This document shows, piece by piece, positions 36,965-47,058 of a DNA stretch of 64,000 bases. The position numbers and the translations under genes are program-made. This stretch comes from an uncultured delta proteobacterium (lineage in GTDB: Bacteria > Bdellovibrionota > FAC87 > UBA2466): positions 1,952,001 to 2,016,000 of the forward strand of contig CAVZSV010000004.1 in assembly GCA_963778115.1 (NCBI GenBank), in the 5' to 3' direction. The notes beneath the pieces were generated by a model. That model did not search any database. It had not been told where the DNA came from and was given only the letters and a program-made list of their open reading frames with translations. The stretch's first letter is position 1; the number at the start of each line of letters is the position of its first letter.

Positions 36965-38269
36965 TTAGCCCCGTTCGTGTAAAGGAACGTAGCGAGATTC
37001 CTTCGGTCCCGTGTAGATCTGCCTAGGCCGTCCGATTTTAGAGTTCGGGGCCTCCAGCATCTCTTTCCATTGTGCGATCCAACCAGGAATTCGGCCGATG
37101 GCAAACAGCACCGTAAACATGTTGGTAGGAATTCCTATCGCCCGATAGATAATGCCGCTATAAAAATCGACATTTGGATAGAGCTTTCGGCTGACAAAAT
37201 ATTCGTCTTGAAGGGCCGCTTCTTCTAACTGTTTGGCGACTTCAAGCAGAGGATCTTTGATCCCCAGTTTGGTTAAAATGGTATCGCAAGCGCGCTTGAT
37301 GATCTTGGCCCTGGGATCGAAATTCTTGTAAACGCGGTGGCCAAAACCCATCAACCGAACGCCCGCCTCTTTGTTTTTTACGCGCTCGATATATCGTTTT
37401 ACGTTGCCGCCACCGTTCTCAATAATAAACTCGAGCATCTCGACGACTTCTTGGTTGGCACCACCATGCAACGGTCCCCAGAGGGCTGAGATTCCAGCCG
37501 AACAAGAGGCGTAAAGATTAGCACGGCTGCTTCCGACCAGTCGTACGGTCGAGGTGCTGCAGTTTTGCTCGTGATCCGCGTGCAAGATTAAAAGTAGATC
37601 TAGCGCCCGAGCCACTTCTGGGTCGAGAAGATAGTCTTCGGCCGGGACAGCAAACATCATTTTCAAAAAGTTGGAGCAATAGTCGAGACTATTGGTCGGA
37701 TAGATGAAAGGCTGCCCTATCGATTTTTTATAGGAGAATGCGGCAATCGTCGGCAACTTCGCCAGTAACCGATAGATAGACAGCTCGATATCCGCCGGAT
37801 CGTTCATGTCCGAAGTATCTTGGTAAAAAGTGGAGAGGGAACTTACCGCCGACGACAAAATGGCCATTGGGTGGGCATTACGTGGAAAGCCGTCGTAAAA
37901 CCGTTTCATGTCTTCGTGAAGCATCGTATGGCGGGTCAAGTTCGTCGTGAACCGCTCAAGCTCGGCTTTATTGGGTAACTTTCCGTAAATAAGAAGGTAG
38001 CTCGTTTCGACGAAACTAGAATTTTCCGCCAGCTGTTCGATAGGAATCCCTCGGTAACGAAGAATTCCTTTCTCTCCGTCGAGAAAGGTGATGCCACTTT
38101 GGCAGGCACCTGTATTCATGTAACCGTTGTCCAGAGTGATGACACCGGTCTGAGCGCGAAGATTGGTAATATCTATCGCCCTCTCTCCTTCCGAGCCTTC
38201 GACCATGGGCAATTCATACTCTTTGCCATCTATCTTTAGAATCGCTGTCGATTTACTCTGGTTCGTCAT
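36965..38269 (-). CDS. gltA: citrate synthase (type II)
   Basis: LHADHEQN, GPLHGGAN, MGFGHRVYK and PNVDFYSG motifs. Confidence 0.97.
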   Translation of the reverse strand: MTNQSKSTAILKIDGKEYELPMVEGSEGERAIDITNLRAQTGVITLDNGYMNTGACQSGITFLDGEKGILRYRGIPIEQLAENSSFVETSYLLIYGKLPNKAELERFTTNLTRHTMLHEDMKRFYDGFPRNAHPMAILSSAVSSLSTFYQDTSDMNDPADIELSIYRLLAKLPTIAAFSYKKSIGQPFIYPTNSLDYCSNFLKMMFAVPAEDYLLDPEVARALDLLLILHADHEQNCSTSTVRLVGSSRANLYASCSAGISALWGPLHGGANQEVVEMLEFIIENGGGNVKRYIERVKNKEAGVRLMGFGHRVYKNFDPRAKIIKRACDTILTKLGIKDPLLEVAKQLEEAALQDEYFVSRKLYPNVDFYSGIIYRAIGIPTNMFTVLFAIGRIPGWIAQWKEMLEAPNSKIGRPRQIYTGPKESRYVPLHERG

Positions 38270-38314
38270 AACTGCTCCTTTAACTTCTCCTTCGAACACA
38301 CCCTAACAGGCACC

Positions 38315-39133
38315 TTAAATTTTTGCGAGCTTAGCCAATTTTATCGCTCTTTTGGTCGCTTGGACTACTGCCTTGATCAGCGTTACCCTAAGTTTTCCTT
38401 CTTCAAGCTCCATCAACCCGTCGATAGTGCAACCCGCGGGCGTGGTCACCTCATCTTTAAGATAGGCAGGATGCTTACCCGTTTCCAATAACATTTTAGC
38501 AGCTCCGAGGACGGTTTGAGCCGCCAATTGTGTCGCCAAATCCCTGGGCAATCCGACTTTAATACCGCCGTCAGTCAAAGATTCCAAGACGACATAAATG
38601 TAAGCAGGGCCGCAGCCACTAAGGCCCGTCACGGCATCCATATGCCGCTCGTCGACACGAATCAATCGACCTACGGGATTAAATAAAAGAGCTGCCCGTT
38701 CCCAGTCCTTTTCGGTAGCGGCCGATCCCAGACAGACCGCTGTGATCCCCGCGCGTACAAAGGCCGGCGTGTTAGGCATAGCGCGTAAGACTCTAGCCCC
38801 TTTTCCTAAATGCTTCTCCAATTGGGCCGTGCTGATACTTGCCACAATGGAAACCAACGTGCGATTGGACTCCGATTTAAAGCAACCTGAAATTTCGGAA
38901 GTTACTTCACCCACGTTTTGGGGTTTTACCGCTAGTACAATGACATCGCACTTTTCCACTAATTGCTTATTAGACCCACAAGGTTCGATCCCCAGCTCTT
39001 CTTTAGTGCGTGCTGCTGACTCTTCATGTTTGGTGGTGAAAAAGATTTCCGACTTCTTCACAGTGGACGATTCTAGGAGCCCTTGAACCAGGCAGCGCCC
39101 CATTCGGCCCAGACCTATGATTCCGATTTTCAT
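38315..39133 (-). CDS. proC: pyrroline-5-carboxylate reductase
   Basis: IGLGRMG, LAVKPQ, RAMPNTP, SGCGPAY and VTTPAGCT motifs. Confidence 0.95.
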   Translation of the reverse strand: MKIGIIGLGRMGRCLVQGLLESSTVKKSEIFFTTKHEESAARTKEELGIEPCGSNKQLVEKCDVIVLAVKPQNVGEVTSEISGCFKSESNRTLVSIVASISTAQLEKHLGKGARVLRAMPNTPAFVRAGITAVCLGSAATEKDWERAALLFNPVGRLIRVDERHMDAVTGLSGCGPAYIYVVLESLTDGGIKVGLPRDLATQLAAQTVLGAAKMLLETGKHPAYLKDEVTTPAGCTIDGLMELEEGKLRVTLIKAVVQATKRAIKLAKLAKI

Positions 39134-39165
39134 TCGGCTTTCCTCATCTCAGTTACGGCTTCGAT

Positions 39166-40530
39166 CTACTTGAAAATGCCTTGGTACCACTTGTCACTCT
39201 TAGCGTTGGGATTGGCTCTAATTCCCGTCTTCTTTGCTATTTCCTCTATCGGCCAACCGGTAAGGGAAGCTAAGGTCTCAACCTCTTTTTCTTCGCGTTC
39301 TTTTAGCTGCTTCTTATAGGTATCCGCCGCCGAACAGGTGGAGTTCCCGGTAAACGGATGTCTCAACACATATCGTCCCTGAAAGTTCTCGGAGTTCGCA
39401 GTGACCTGAAACATTAGGTCCTCCGGGAAATGCTCTGCGTCATACCTTACGTGGAGTCGGGTGACAAAGGCTTCTATAGGTTCCCCTCCTTTGGGAAGGG
39501 CGATTCTCGGTTTATACCGTCCCGGAGGATTGGGATTGAAAGAAGAAGGCCAAAAGACGCCTAGTTTTCGAAGTTCAGTGGGAGTCAAAGGCTCGGCCGC
39601 ACAAGGATCGCACCACATCATGTTCCAGGCATATTCCAAAAACACGACCTTTTTGTCCTCTCGCTCGTGCGATTTTTGAAACATCGCGCGGTAAAAGTTA
39701 GCAAAATCGTCTTTTACATAAAGAGGAATATCCATGCCCGTCGGCAACTTCACCGTACGGTAGTTGGTGGTCTCTACCCTCCCGCTCTTAGTGATGGCGT
39801 AAACCAGCATGTCCTGTGGTCCTTTGGCGTTCACCATCCCCAAACGAATGGGCAGCATGAACTTTTCCGAACTAAACGCGAATTGCAACGGCCTTAAATA
39901 GCTAAACCCGCTCTTTGCATGCTCCTTGAGGTTAATCTTAGCGACAAAAAACTTCATATTCTGCTTGATATAGGGCTCCAGCGCTTTGGAGGCGCCGGGG
40001 GGAATCTGATAGCCGTTTTGTTTCAGCCAACTTTCAAGACCACTCGATTCTTTAGCACTCAAGATGAGAATGTCATATTCGCCAACGGTATACTTCGCTT
40101 CGATCTTTACTCCGAGCCCGGTCTCTTTCTTGGCCGATCCCACCGCAGCTGTGGGAGCTTTCATTCGCATCTCATACATGCGAATGGGAGGAGCACAGGG
40201 ATCGGGATCATAATATTCGACGAGTCGGGGTGCCGAAAAAGCATCCAAGTGTTCGAGAACGGCGCGATCCCCGACATTAATCTGCTCTCGGGTTAGCACT
40301 TCGGGAACGGGGACCACGACCGCAAAGTCCTTTGGATTTCCCTGGTAGTCGCTGAACATCGTAATCGCCGTATGGTTTTCATCCCGCACGATGACGACTT
40401 GTGAAGCTTCATTAAATAGCGACGCATCTGCTTTAGCTACGTAAAGTCCGCAAAAACCGTACGCTGAACGGGTGAGAGACGTAACGAGAATAAGAATAAG
40501 ACTAAGATTGAGCCACAAGACGCGTTTCAT
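39166..40530 (-). CDS. DUF2330-family secreted protein
   Basis: Signal peptide then FCGLYVAKADASLFN; FAVVVPVP, SAPRLVEYYDPDPC, WLKQNGY and LPIRLG motifs. Confidence 0.8.
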   Translation of the reverse strand: MKRVLWLNLSLILILVTSLTRSAYGFCGLYVAKADASLFNEASQVVIVRDENHTAITMFSDYQGNPKDFAVVVPVPEVLTREQINVGDRAVLEHLDAFSAPRLVEYYDPDPCAPPIRMYEMRMKAPTAAVGSAKKETGLGVKIEAKYTVGEYDILILSAKESSGLESWLKQNGYQIPPGASKALEPYIKQNMKFFVAKINLKEHAKSGFSYLRPLQFAFSSEKFMLPIRLGMVNAKGPQDMLVYAITKSGRVETTNYRTVKLPTGMDIPLYVKDDFANFYRAMFQKSHEREDKKVVFLEYAWNMMWCDPCAAEPLTPTELRKLGVFWPSSFNPNPPGRYKPRIALPKGGEPIEAFVTRLHVRYDAEHFPEDLMFQVTANSENFQGRYVLRHPFTGNSTCSAADTYKKQLKEREEKEVETLASLTGWPIEEIAKKTGIRANPNAKSDKWYQGIFK

Positions 40531-41326
40531 TGAGCCTCCGAATAGGGGGAGAAGACCATTCAAACCTTGCGCGTTTCCAAACGATATCAAGAACCATCGT
40601 GAACGGCGATAAGACAAACAGCGCCTCCAAGGGTGCCGTGGGGCGAAACCAATGAAATCTTAACCAAAAGGCCATAACCCCAACTAAGGCTCCAAAAACT
40701 AGGCGAGCCATGGGGTGGTCGGGAGTGGATCTTGGATCAGAAACCATAAAGAAAGTAAAAATGATGAGACTCCCATCTGCTAATTGGTGAGGAAGCACCA
40801 GAGCATTTTGCCCGAGATAAGTGACGCGAGCGAAAAGCAAAAGGGCAAAAACGCCAAGAAAAGCCAAACTCACATCAAAGCGCTGGGCCCGAAAGACAAC
40901 GACCGCCCCCATGAGAACGATCCAAAAGGCCAGCGACATATCGTCACCCCATTGTCCTGGTGAGATCCAAACCCGACCGGTCGTCCAAAGAAGAACGACA
41001 ATTCCAAAATTAGTGGGATTGAAAAAATGTTTCTTTCGAAAGCGGAAGATGAATTTGCTCGCGATAGCGAAAACCGCAGCCACTCCCAGGACCCAAACGG
41101 AATCGGCTCGGCAAAGAAGTAAAACGCTTAGGGCCGAAATCATGGCACTAAGAAGATTTTTCCAAGCAAGCTCAAACCAATAGATCGCAGCCATTTGCGT
41201 CAGCAGCGCTCCGCCAATTACGATCAAGGCAGCACCCGGAGAAATGGGGAAATCTCTCCAGAGGGTGCCCACAAAGAGCATCGCGCAAAGGGCCAGAATT
41301 TGAAAATACCTAGGGTCCCTTTTCAT
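40502..41326 (-). CDS. RnfD/NqrB-like integral membrane protein
   Basis: Multiple TM helices; ASKF.FR..KHFFNPTNFG and FFMVSDPRSTP motifs. Confidence 0.75.
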   Translation of the reverse strand: MKRDPRYFQILALCAMLFVGTLWRDFPISPGAALIVIGGALLTQMAAIYWFELAWKNLLSAMISALSVLLLCRADSVWVLGVAAVFAIASKFIFRFRKKHFFNPTNFGIVVLLWTTGRVWISPGQWGDDMSLAFWIVLMGAVVVFRAQRFDVSLAFLGVFALLLFARVTYLGQNALVLPHQLADGSLIIFTFFMVSDPRSTPDHPMARLVFGALVGVMAFWLRFHWFRPTAPLEALFVLSPFTMVLDIVWKRARFEWSSPPIRRLNETRLVAQS

Positions 41327-41434
41327 GGCTGGCTGATTATCCCCCGGCCGGGGCCATTTATCGAGAAGCACAGTGACGCAATCCCACGATTGCGAGAAAC
41401 CATAGTGGATGTTAATGATCCTAAATCTACATCC

Positions 41435-41508
41435 GGGCGGATAGCTCAGTTGGTTAGAGCGTCGCCTTTACACGGCGAAGGTCACAGGTTCGACCCCTGT
41501 TCCGCCTA
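41435..41508 (+). tRNA. tRNA-Val(TAC)
   Basis: Acceptor GGGCGGA/TCCGCCT, D-arm AGCTCAGTTGGTTAGAGC, anticodon arm TCGCC-TTTACAC-GGCGA and T-loop GTTCGAC; CCA not encoded. Confidence 0.97.
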
Positions 41509-41707
41509 GTTCTTTTCGCCCCGCGAGAGGAACGCTTAAGGACTAATCTCAAGATTAAGCTTAACCTAATCCGCGTAGCGGATTTAAGATCCCTCCTCCC
41601 CTTTATCCAATCCCCAAAAAAACCGAATATACTGGAACGCGACGTCTGGCTTTTGCGTCGCAGACCGACTAAGGTCGGGATAAGTGATTGTCGAGAAAGG
41701 GCTTTTC

Positions 41708-42616
41708 ATGAAACGCGTATTGGTGACGGGCGGGGCTGGGTTTATCGGATCCAATCTAGCGCTTCACCTGGAAACCCTCGGTATCGAAGTCGTCGTGGCC
41801 GACTACCAGCTCTCGACCGCCGAGACCTCTTTAAAGGGGTTTCGGGGACAGAAGATAGCGTTGGACGTCGCGACCGGTGTGGATATTTCAGGCCCTTTTG
41901 ATGTCGTCTTTCACCAAGCTGCCATTACCGATCCCAGACATTCTAACGATGCTGAGACTTACGACAAAAATACGGTAGGGTTTCGTCACATCACCCGCTT
42001 CTGCCAACAGAAAAAGGCTCGTCTGGTCTACGCTTCCACCGCGGGACTCTATGGCAACGGCCCCATTCCCATGCACGAAGACCAGCCCAAGGAGTGCATC
42101 ACCGTCTATGGCCGATCGAAACTCGCGATGGATGAACAGGCTCAGAAACTTTTCTCGGAAATGCCCATTGTAGGACTGCGCTATTTTAATGTCTTTGGCC
42201 CCCGCGAATCCCACAAAGGCAGACCCGCTTCGATGATCTATCACCTGTCGCGGCAGATCAAAAAAGGAGGGCCAGCCCGACTTTTTTCTTACGGCGAACA
42301 GGTAAGAGATTTTATCTATGTGAGAGATGTCGTCGAAGCTAATCTGCGTGCGATCGCTGCTCCCAGTGGGGTTTACAATGTGGGAACCGGAGTGGGAACG
42401 ACCTTTAATGAGTTGGTCATGGTATTGAACCGTGTGTTAGGTACGAACGCCGGGATCGAATATTTCCCGATGCCCTACGATCCTAAGACTTACCAAAGTA
42501 ATACTGTCGCCGATACCGAGCGAGCGAAGCAGAAGCTGGGGTTCACCGCCACGTGGGAACTAGAGCCGTCGGTCGCTGAGTATATGAAGTGGCTTGATGA
42601 GAATGAGGGCGGGTAG
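41708..42616 (+). CDS. NAD-dependent epimerase, ADP-L-glycero-D-manno-heptose 6-epimerase-like
   Basis: TGGAGFIGS, YGRSK and GLRYFNVFGPRESHKGR.AS motifs. Confidence 0.85.
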   Translation: MKRVLVTGGAGFIGSNLALHLETLGIEVVVADYQLSTAETSLKGFRGQKIALDVATGVDISGPFDVVFHQAAITDPRHSNDAETYDKNTVGFRHITRFCQQKKARLVYASTAGLYGNGPIPMHEDQPKECITVYGRSKLAMDEQAQKLFSEMPIVGLRYFNVFGPRESHKGRPASMIYHLSRQIKKGGPARLFSYGEQVRDFIYVRDVVEANLRAIAAPSGVYNVGTGVGTTFNELVMVLNRVLGTNAGIEYFPMPYDPKTYQSNTVADTERAKQKLGFTATWELEPSVAEYMKWLDENEGG

Positions 42617-42640
42617 CAAGCTTATCCGAGTGGTACTTAT

Positions 42641-42699
42641 TTGAGTGGGATTGCGGAGCCTGTTGCGAGGCGAAGCCGCGGCAATCTCTGCTCAATGAC
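42641..42699. repeat. degenerate REP-like palindromic element, copy C
   Basis: ttgagtgggattgc...ttgcgaggcgaagccgcggcaatctctgctcaatgac hairpin between convergent genes. Confidence 0.5.
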
Positions 42700-42729
42700 G
42701 GGTCTGTTCAAGTCCGTCGCAAAAAACTG

Positions 42730-43815
42730 TCACTTCTTCACCAGCTTTAGCGCTTTTGTCGGCTGACAAGGATCGAAATCCTTAGCTAACCTCAGATCCG
42801 TCTTGCCCTGGAAGTTCTTATTAAATGATTTAAAAATATTGGGATCAAACTTCCCAGGTTGCATCGCAAACATGGTATTTAGCGCTTCTACCGGCGGAAT
42901 CGCCTTGTGATAGGAACGATCCGTCGTGAGCGCGTCAAAAACGTCGGCTATCGATACGATCCGCGACAGCTTTGAAATCTCTTCTTCCTTGAGCCCTCTG
43001 GGATAGCCAGTTCCGTCAAAATTCTCGTGATGTTCAAAAACGACGAGCCGACAAGCATCAGGAATACTTGGAATCTCTTCCAAACAATCTTTCCCATAAC
43101 CGGGATGTTTTTTGATCTCTTCCCACTCACCCGGAGTAAGCGGAGAGTTTTTATTGATGATCGTATTGTCGATCCGACGCTTTCCAATGTCGTGGAGAAG
43201 CCCGCCAAGACCGGCGATTATTAGCATCTCTTTGCTGTCACCAAAAAAATGTTTCGCGAGTACGATCGAATAGACCGCGACATCCACGCAATGGTTATAC
43301 GTATAATAATCGTGAACCGAAAGCCGCATCAAAGTCGTAACGGCCGCAACGTCCGTAGAAACGAAAGTGACCATCTCTTCGACGAGCGAATTGGCTTCAC
43401 TGATCGCCGGAGCTACATTCTCTTTGGTGAAAAGGTCCTGAACATGAAGGAAAGCGGATTCCTTAATGAACTTCGCTTTCACTTCTGTGGTGGAACTGGG
43501 ATCCCGGATGATGTTTTTTAGCGATTGTAAGTACGGCGCTCTTTGCTCTTCGGGTACTAAAAATTGATCTCCTCCATGGTGATAAAGAAGCTTCATCCGA
43601 TCGGGAGTGATGACGTCTCCGCGTTTTCTAAACAGTACCGGTCGTTCCGCCACAAAGAGGTAGATATCAAAAGGAAGGGGAATTCCCGTCGCCACCGAAT
43701 TAATTCGAATTTGAAAGAAAGGAAGCTGTTTTCGAGAGTCTATTTTTTCCGCGAGCATACGATTAAAACTCCAAGTGGAAGCCAAATAGAAGATCACATC
43801 TCTATCGGCGTTCAA
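42730..43815 (-). CDS. HD-GYP domain cyclic di-GMP phosphodiesterase
   Basis: LLHDIGK, HHENFDGTGYP and ADVFDAL motifs; start uncertain (possibly ATG 43758). Confidence 0.9.
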   Translation of the reverse strand: MNADRDVIFYLASTWSFNRMLAEKIDSRKQLPFFQIRINSVATGIPLPFDIYLFVAERPVLFRKRGDVITPDRMKLLYHHGGDQFLVPEEQRAPYLQSLKNIIRDPSSTTEVKAKFIKESAFLHVQDLFTKENVAPAISEANSLVEEMVTFVSTDVAAVTTLMRLSVHDYYTYNHCVDVAVYSIVLAKHFFGDSKEMLIIAGLGGLLHDIGKRRIDNTIINKNSPLTPGEWEEIKKHPGYGKDCLEEIPSIPDACRLVVFEHHENFDGTGYPRGLKEEEISKLSRIVSIADVFDALTTDRSYHKAIPPVEALNTMFAMQPGKFDPNIFKSFNKNFQGKTDLRLAKDFDPCQPTKALKLVKK

Positions 43816-43826
43816 GGGTGCGGGGT

Positions 43827-45479
43827 TTATACGTCTAGGACAAAGGCAATGATAAGGGGCTTATGGCTGACGCGCTTTTTGAAATAGCGCCTAAGTTCGA
43901 GACGCAGGTGGTCGATAAGCTCAGGGCTCTTTCGATGTTCTTCATAGATGTCTTCTAGCCTATCGACAGCTCCCAGACGAACGTTCTGCGGATCTTGACC
44001 CTTGCGAAATAACAGACCGTAATAAGAAAGCTCAGGATGGGCGATGAGCCTAAGCGACTTTTCGTCGCGAAGCAGCGTACAAAAGACGACCCCGGTCTTG
44101 GCCAATCCGGCTCGTTGCGAGAAGGTCTCGGAATCGCTCTGCAAAAGGTCACCTTCAATGATGGCGGTCTTCCTGAGATCGCGCTTTTCTCCCAAGACGA
44201 TCTGCTTTTTGTCTGCAACTAGCGACTGGCCGTCCTCGATCACTAAGATGTTCTCGGCGGGAATGCCCACCTGTTTGGCCAGCATGGCGTGCTTTTTTAA
44301 ATGCCGGTACTCCCCGTGGATGGGAACAAAGAATTGAGGCTTAACCGCCTTAAGCATGAGCACCAGTTCATCTTGAAACCCATGCCCCGATACGTGAATT
44401 TGATGCACGGCTTCATACATCACTTCGGCTCCCGCTCGGTAAAGCTGGTCTATCATCGCGGTGATATTACGCTCGTTTCCGGGAATAAACCGGCTGGACA
44501 AAATGACAAGATCTCCCTGGCGAATCTCAAACTCTTTATGATTGCCGTGCGCAATCCTTACCAAAGCCGAGCCCGGTTCTGCCTGACTGCCCGTGGCGAG
44601 GATGACGACGTCTTTGTCGGGGTATCTTTCCAAGTTATCCAGAAGAACCAAGGTGTCTTCTGGAATCTCCAAAGAACCTTGATCGTGCGCTAGCCTGGTA
44701 TAGGAGTGCATGCTTCTTCCGGCGAAGGCGACCTTCTTGCCTAGTGAGTGCGCCACCCTTAGGAAATTCTCGATACGACGAATGTTGGAAGCAAAAAGTG
44801 CAATAAGGATTCGGCCTGTCTGTTTGCGGAAAATATTTTCAAAGGAGCTAGTGATATCAATTTCAGAGATCGTATGGCCCACCCGCTCAGCGTTGGTGCT
44901 ATCGGACATGAGTAGCAGCACCCCTTTTTCCGCCCACTCTTCAAAGGCTCCCAAACCTATAGTCACTCCGGCGATCTCATTGGGATCATGCTTGAAATCT
45001 CCGGTGTGGACGATATTTCCTACGGGAGTTTCGATACCAAATGCCAAACTCTCGATGATGGAATGTTGAACCGGGATGGGATCGAAATGAAACGCCCCGA
45101 CCTTAAACCTCTTTCTTGGCTCTACTTTGTGGAAAGTCACTTTTTGCAGATCTCGGTACTCGGTAAGCTTAGCCTCGATGAGGCCCCGAGGAAACGCAGT
45201 GCAGTAAACGTCGAGCTTGGTCTCTTTCAATAGAAACGGAATGGCCCCGATATGGTCGTCATGGCCGTGGGTAATTACCACGCCGCGTAACTTATCCAAG
45301 CGTTCGCGGACATAGTCGAGATCCGGCACCAGAAGGTCGACACCAGTGTAGCTGGCGTCGGGAAATTGTATTCCGCAATCTATCAGGACCATGTCTTTGT
45401 CGGTCTCCAAGACCAGACAATTCATTCCAATCTCCCCTAAACCGCCCAAGGGGAGGATCTTCAATTTTGCTGAGGACAT
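43827..45479 (-). CDS. rnj: ribonuclease J
   Basis: PLGGLGEIGMN, THGHDDHIG, HTGDFK, DSTNA, HVSGH and PIHGE motifs. Confidence 0.95.
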   Translation of the reverse strand: MSSAKLKILPLGGLGEIGMNCLVLETDKDMVLIDCGIQFPDASYTGVDLLVPDLDYVRERLDKLRGVVITHGHDDHIGAIPFLLKETKLDVYCTAFPRGLIEAKLTEYRDLQKVTFHKVEPRKRFKVGAFHFDPIPVQHSIIESLAFGIETPVGNIVHTGDFKHDPNEIAGVTIGLGAFEEWAEKGVLLLMSDSTNAERVGHTISEIDITSSFENIFRKQTGRILIALFASNIRRIENFLRVAHSLGKKVAFAGRSMHSYTRLAHDQGSLEIPEDTLVLLDNLERYPDKDVVILATGSQAEPGSALVRIAHGNHKEFEIRQGDLVILSSRFIPGNERNITAMIDQLYRAGAEVMYEAVHQIHVSGHGFQDELVLMLKAVKPQFFVPIHGEYRHLKKHAMLAKQVGIPAENILVIEDGQSLVADKKQIVLGEKRDLRKTAIIEGDLLQSDSETFSQRAGLAKTGVVFCTLLRDEKSLRLIAHPELSYYGLLFRKGQDPQNVRLGAVDRLEDIYEEHRKSPELIDHLRLELRRYFKKRVSHKPLIIAFVLDV

Positions 45480-45606
45480 CTCCCTATTTAACCGGTTGCT
45501 GGCCTCAATTCAAAGGTTCATTAGGGGGTCGGGCCGCTTTTAGGAAATGACTCGCTAATCCTTTTTTGGCGATGTGCCGATATTAGCACTGGAGAAGGGA
45601 ACTAGA

Positions 45607-47058
45607 GTGTTAACACGATATAGAAACTGGATATTACCGTCTTTATGTTTGGTAGTCGCCGTCAGCTTGATCGTAATCAACTCTTGCGCTCACTCAAAAG
45701 GTGCTGACGACGTTGATGAAGCGGAGGCCACCGCGGATCAGGGGGCTAACGCTTCCGCATCTCAGGATGCGGATACTAAGGACGGTACTGCCGCTGCAGA
45801 CGACAACGCTACGGCGGACACCGCAGGTGCGGCAAAAGACGCGCCTAAAGACGACGCGTTAGCCGAATTAGAGTCCACCGTAGGCGATCAGACCAAAAAC
45901 CAGAGCGCCGGTAATAGCGGAGTGGAAACCGACTCTAGTATGGATCATTCGGCGCCCTCGGATTCGCCATCTGCCGGTCCCGACACTGCCGCCGCCACAA
46001 GTCCTGAAACGGCCCCAGCCGGAACCGACACAGCCAATAACGAGGTTAAGCCCGATGCCGACATCACGGCAGAGGCAAAGCCCGATGCTTCCGCTAGTAC
46101 CCCTCCCGAAACGACCACTGCCGCGACTGTCTCTAAACTAAACGACGACAAGACCACGGCGGACACGTCGAGTTCGGGTGCAGAAATTTCTGAAGGAACA
46201 CCGGTAATCGCCGAGCCAGAAAAGCCAACGGCTCCCGAAGCTCCCGTAGCCGAAAAACCGTCCAAAGTCGTCGTCGTGCACGAGACTCATGCCCCGCACA
46301 TTCCCGGACGCGCGCTTTCTCGAAACGGAGTTCGCCTCAATCGATTTTACTTTGTACGTAAAGGGGATACGACGAAATCCGTATCCTCGCTACTTTACGG
46401 AACGCCCAGCCGGGCCGCCGAGTTATCGAAATGGAATGCCGGCAAATGGGCTCCTGGAAAATTGGTCTATTACCAATCTCCAAGCGATCCCAAGGATCGT
46501 AAGATGCGTTCCTTCTATCAAGAACGCTCGGTACCAGTTGAAGAATATACCACCAAAGCCAGCGACACCCTGTTTTCCATCGCAAAGAAAAAACTAGGGT
46601 CGCGAAGCAGCTGGAAAGAGATCGCGGTGGTTAACGGTTTGGATCTTCCGGAAAGTCTAGAAAAAGGACAAAAGTTAGCCCTGTATCCTTCCAATTTACG
46701 TCAGTACTCAAATCCGGGTAGCGGCGGCAATGAAAACACCACTGAACCACCTGCTCAGTCGCAACCTTTAGCTAAGCAGCCCGTAACGCCACCCCCCCAA
46801 CAGATTCAGCAAACGAATGAACAGCCCGCACCACCTCCCGAAGTGGCTCCTCCGGTGGAGACCAAACCCGTGAAGAACCCTGGCGGGTTTGATATCGCCA
46901 AGATGGTCGAACAAAACCTGTTTGCTTTTGGAATTGGTGGAATGGTCTTCATCTGTTTGGTGCTCCTGATGGTGCTGAACCGAAAATCGAAGTCCAGTAA
47001 TCGGGAAGAATTTGCCGACGACGGCTTCTCCTCTTCGCCCAAAGCCCGCAGAAAATAA
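45607..47058 (+). CDS. LysM-domain envelope protein with putative lipoprotein signal and C-terminal TM helix
   Basis: Hydrophobic leader ending INSC; acidic Ala/Thr linker; two LysM-like units (YFVRKGDT.., YTTKASDTLFSIA..NGL..GQKL); C-terminal TM. Confidence 0.75.
   Translation: MLTRYRNWILPSLCLVVAVSLIVINSCAHSKGADDVDEAEATADQGANASASQDADTKDGTAAADDNATADTAGAAKDAPKDDALAELESTVGDQTKNQSAGNSGVETDSSMDHSAPSDSPSAGPDTAAATSPETAPAGTDTANNEVKPDADITAEAKPDASASTPPETTTAATVSKLNDDKTTADTSSSGAEISEGTPVIAEPEKPTAPEAPVAEKPSKVVVVHETHAPHIPGRALSRNGVRLNRFYFVRKGDTTKSVSSLLYGTPSRAAELSKWNAGKWAPGKLVYYQSPSDPKDRKMRSFYQERSVPVEEYTTKASDTLFSIAKKKLGSRSSWKEIAVVNGLDLPESLEKGQKLALYPSNLRQYSNPGSGGNENTTEPPAQSQPLAKQPVTPPPQQIQQTNEQPAPPPEVAPPVETKPVKNPGGFDIAKMVEQNLFAFGIGGMVFICLVLLMVLNRKSKSSNREEFADDGFSSSPKARRK

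Noticed and set aside
41435..41700. Integrative element or prophage at tRNA-Val
   Set aside because: No integrase and no duplicated tRNA 3' end was seen; the flanking genes are ordinary.
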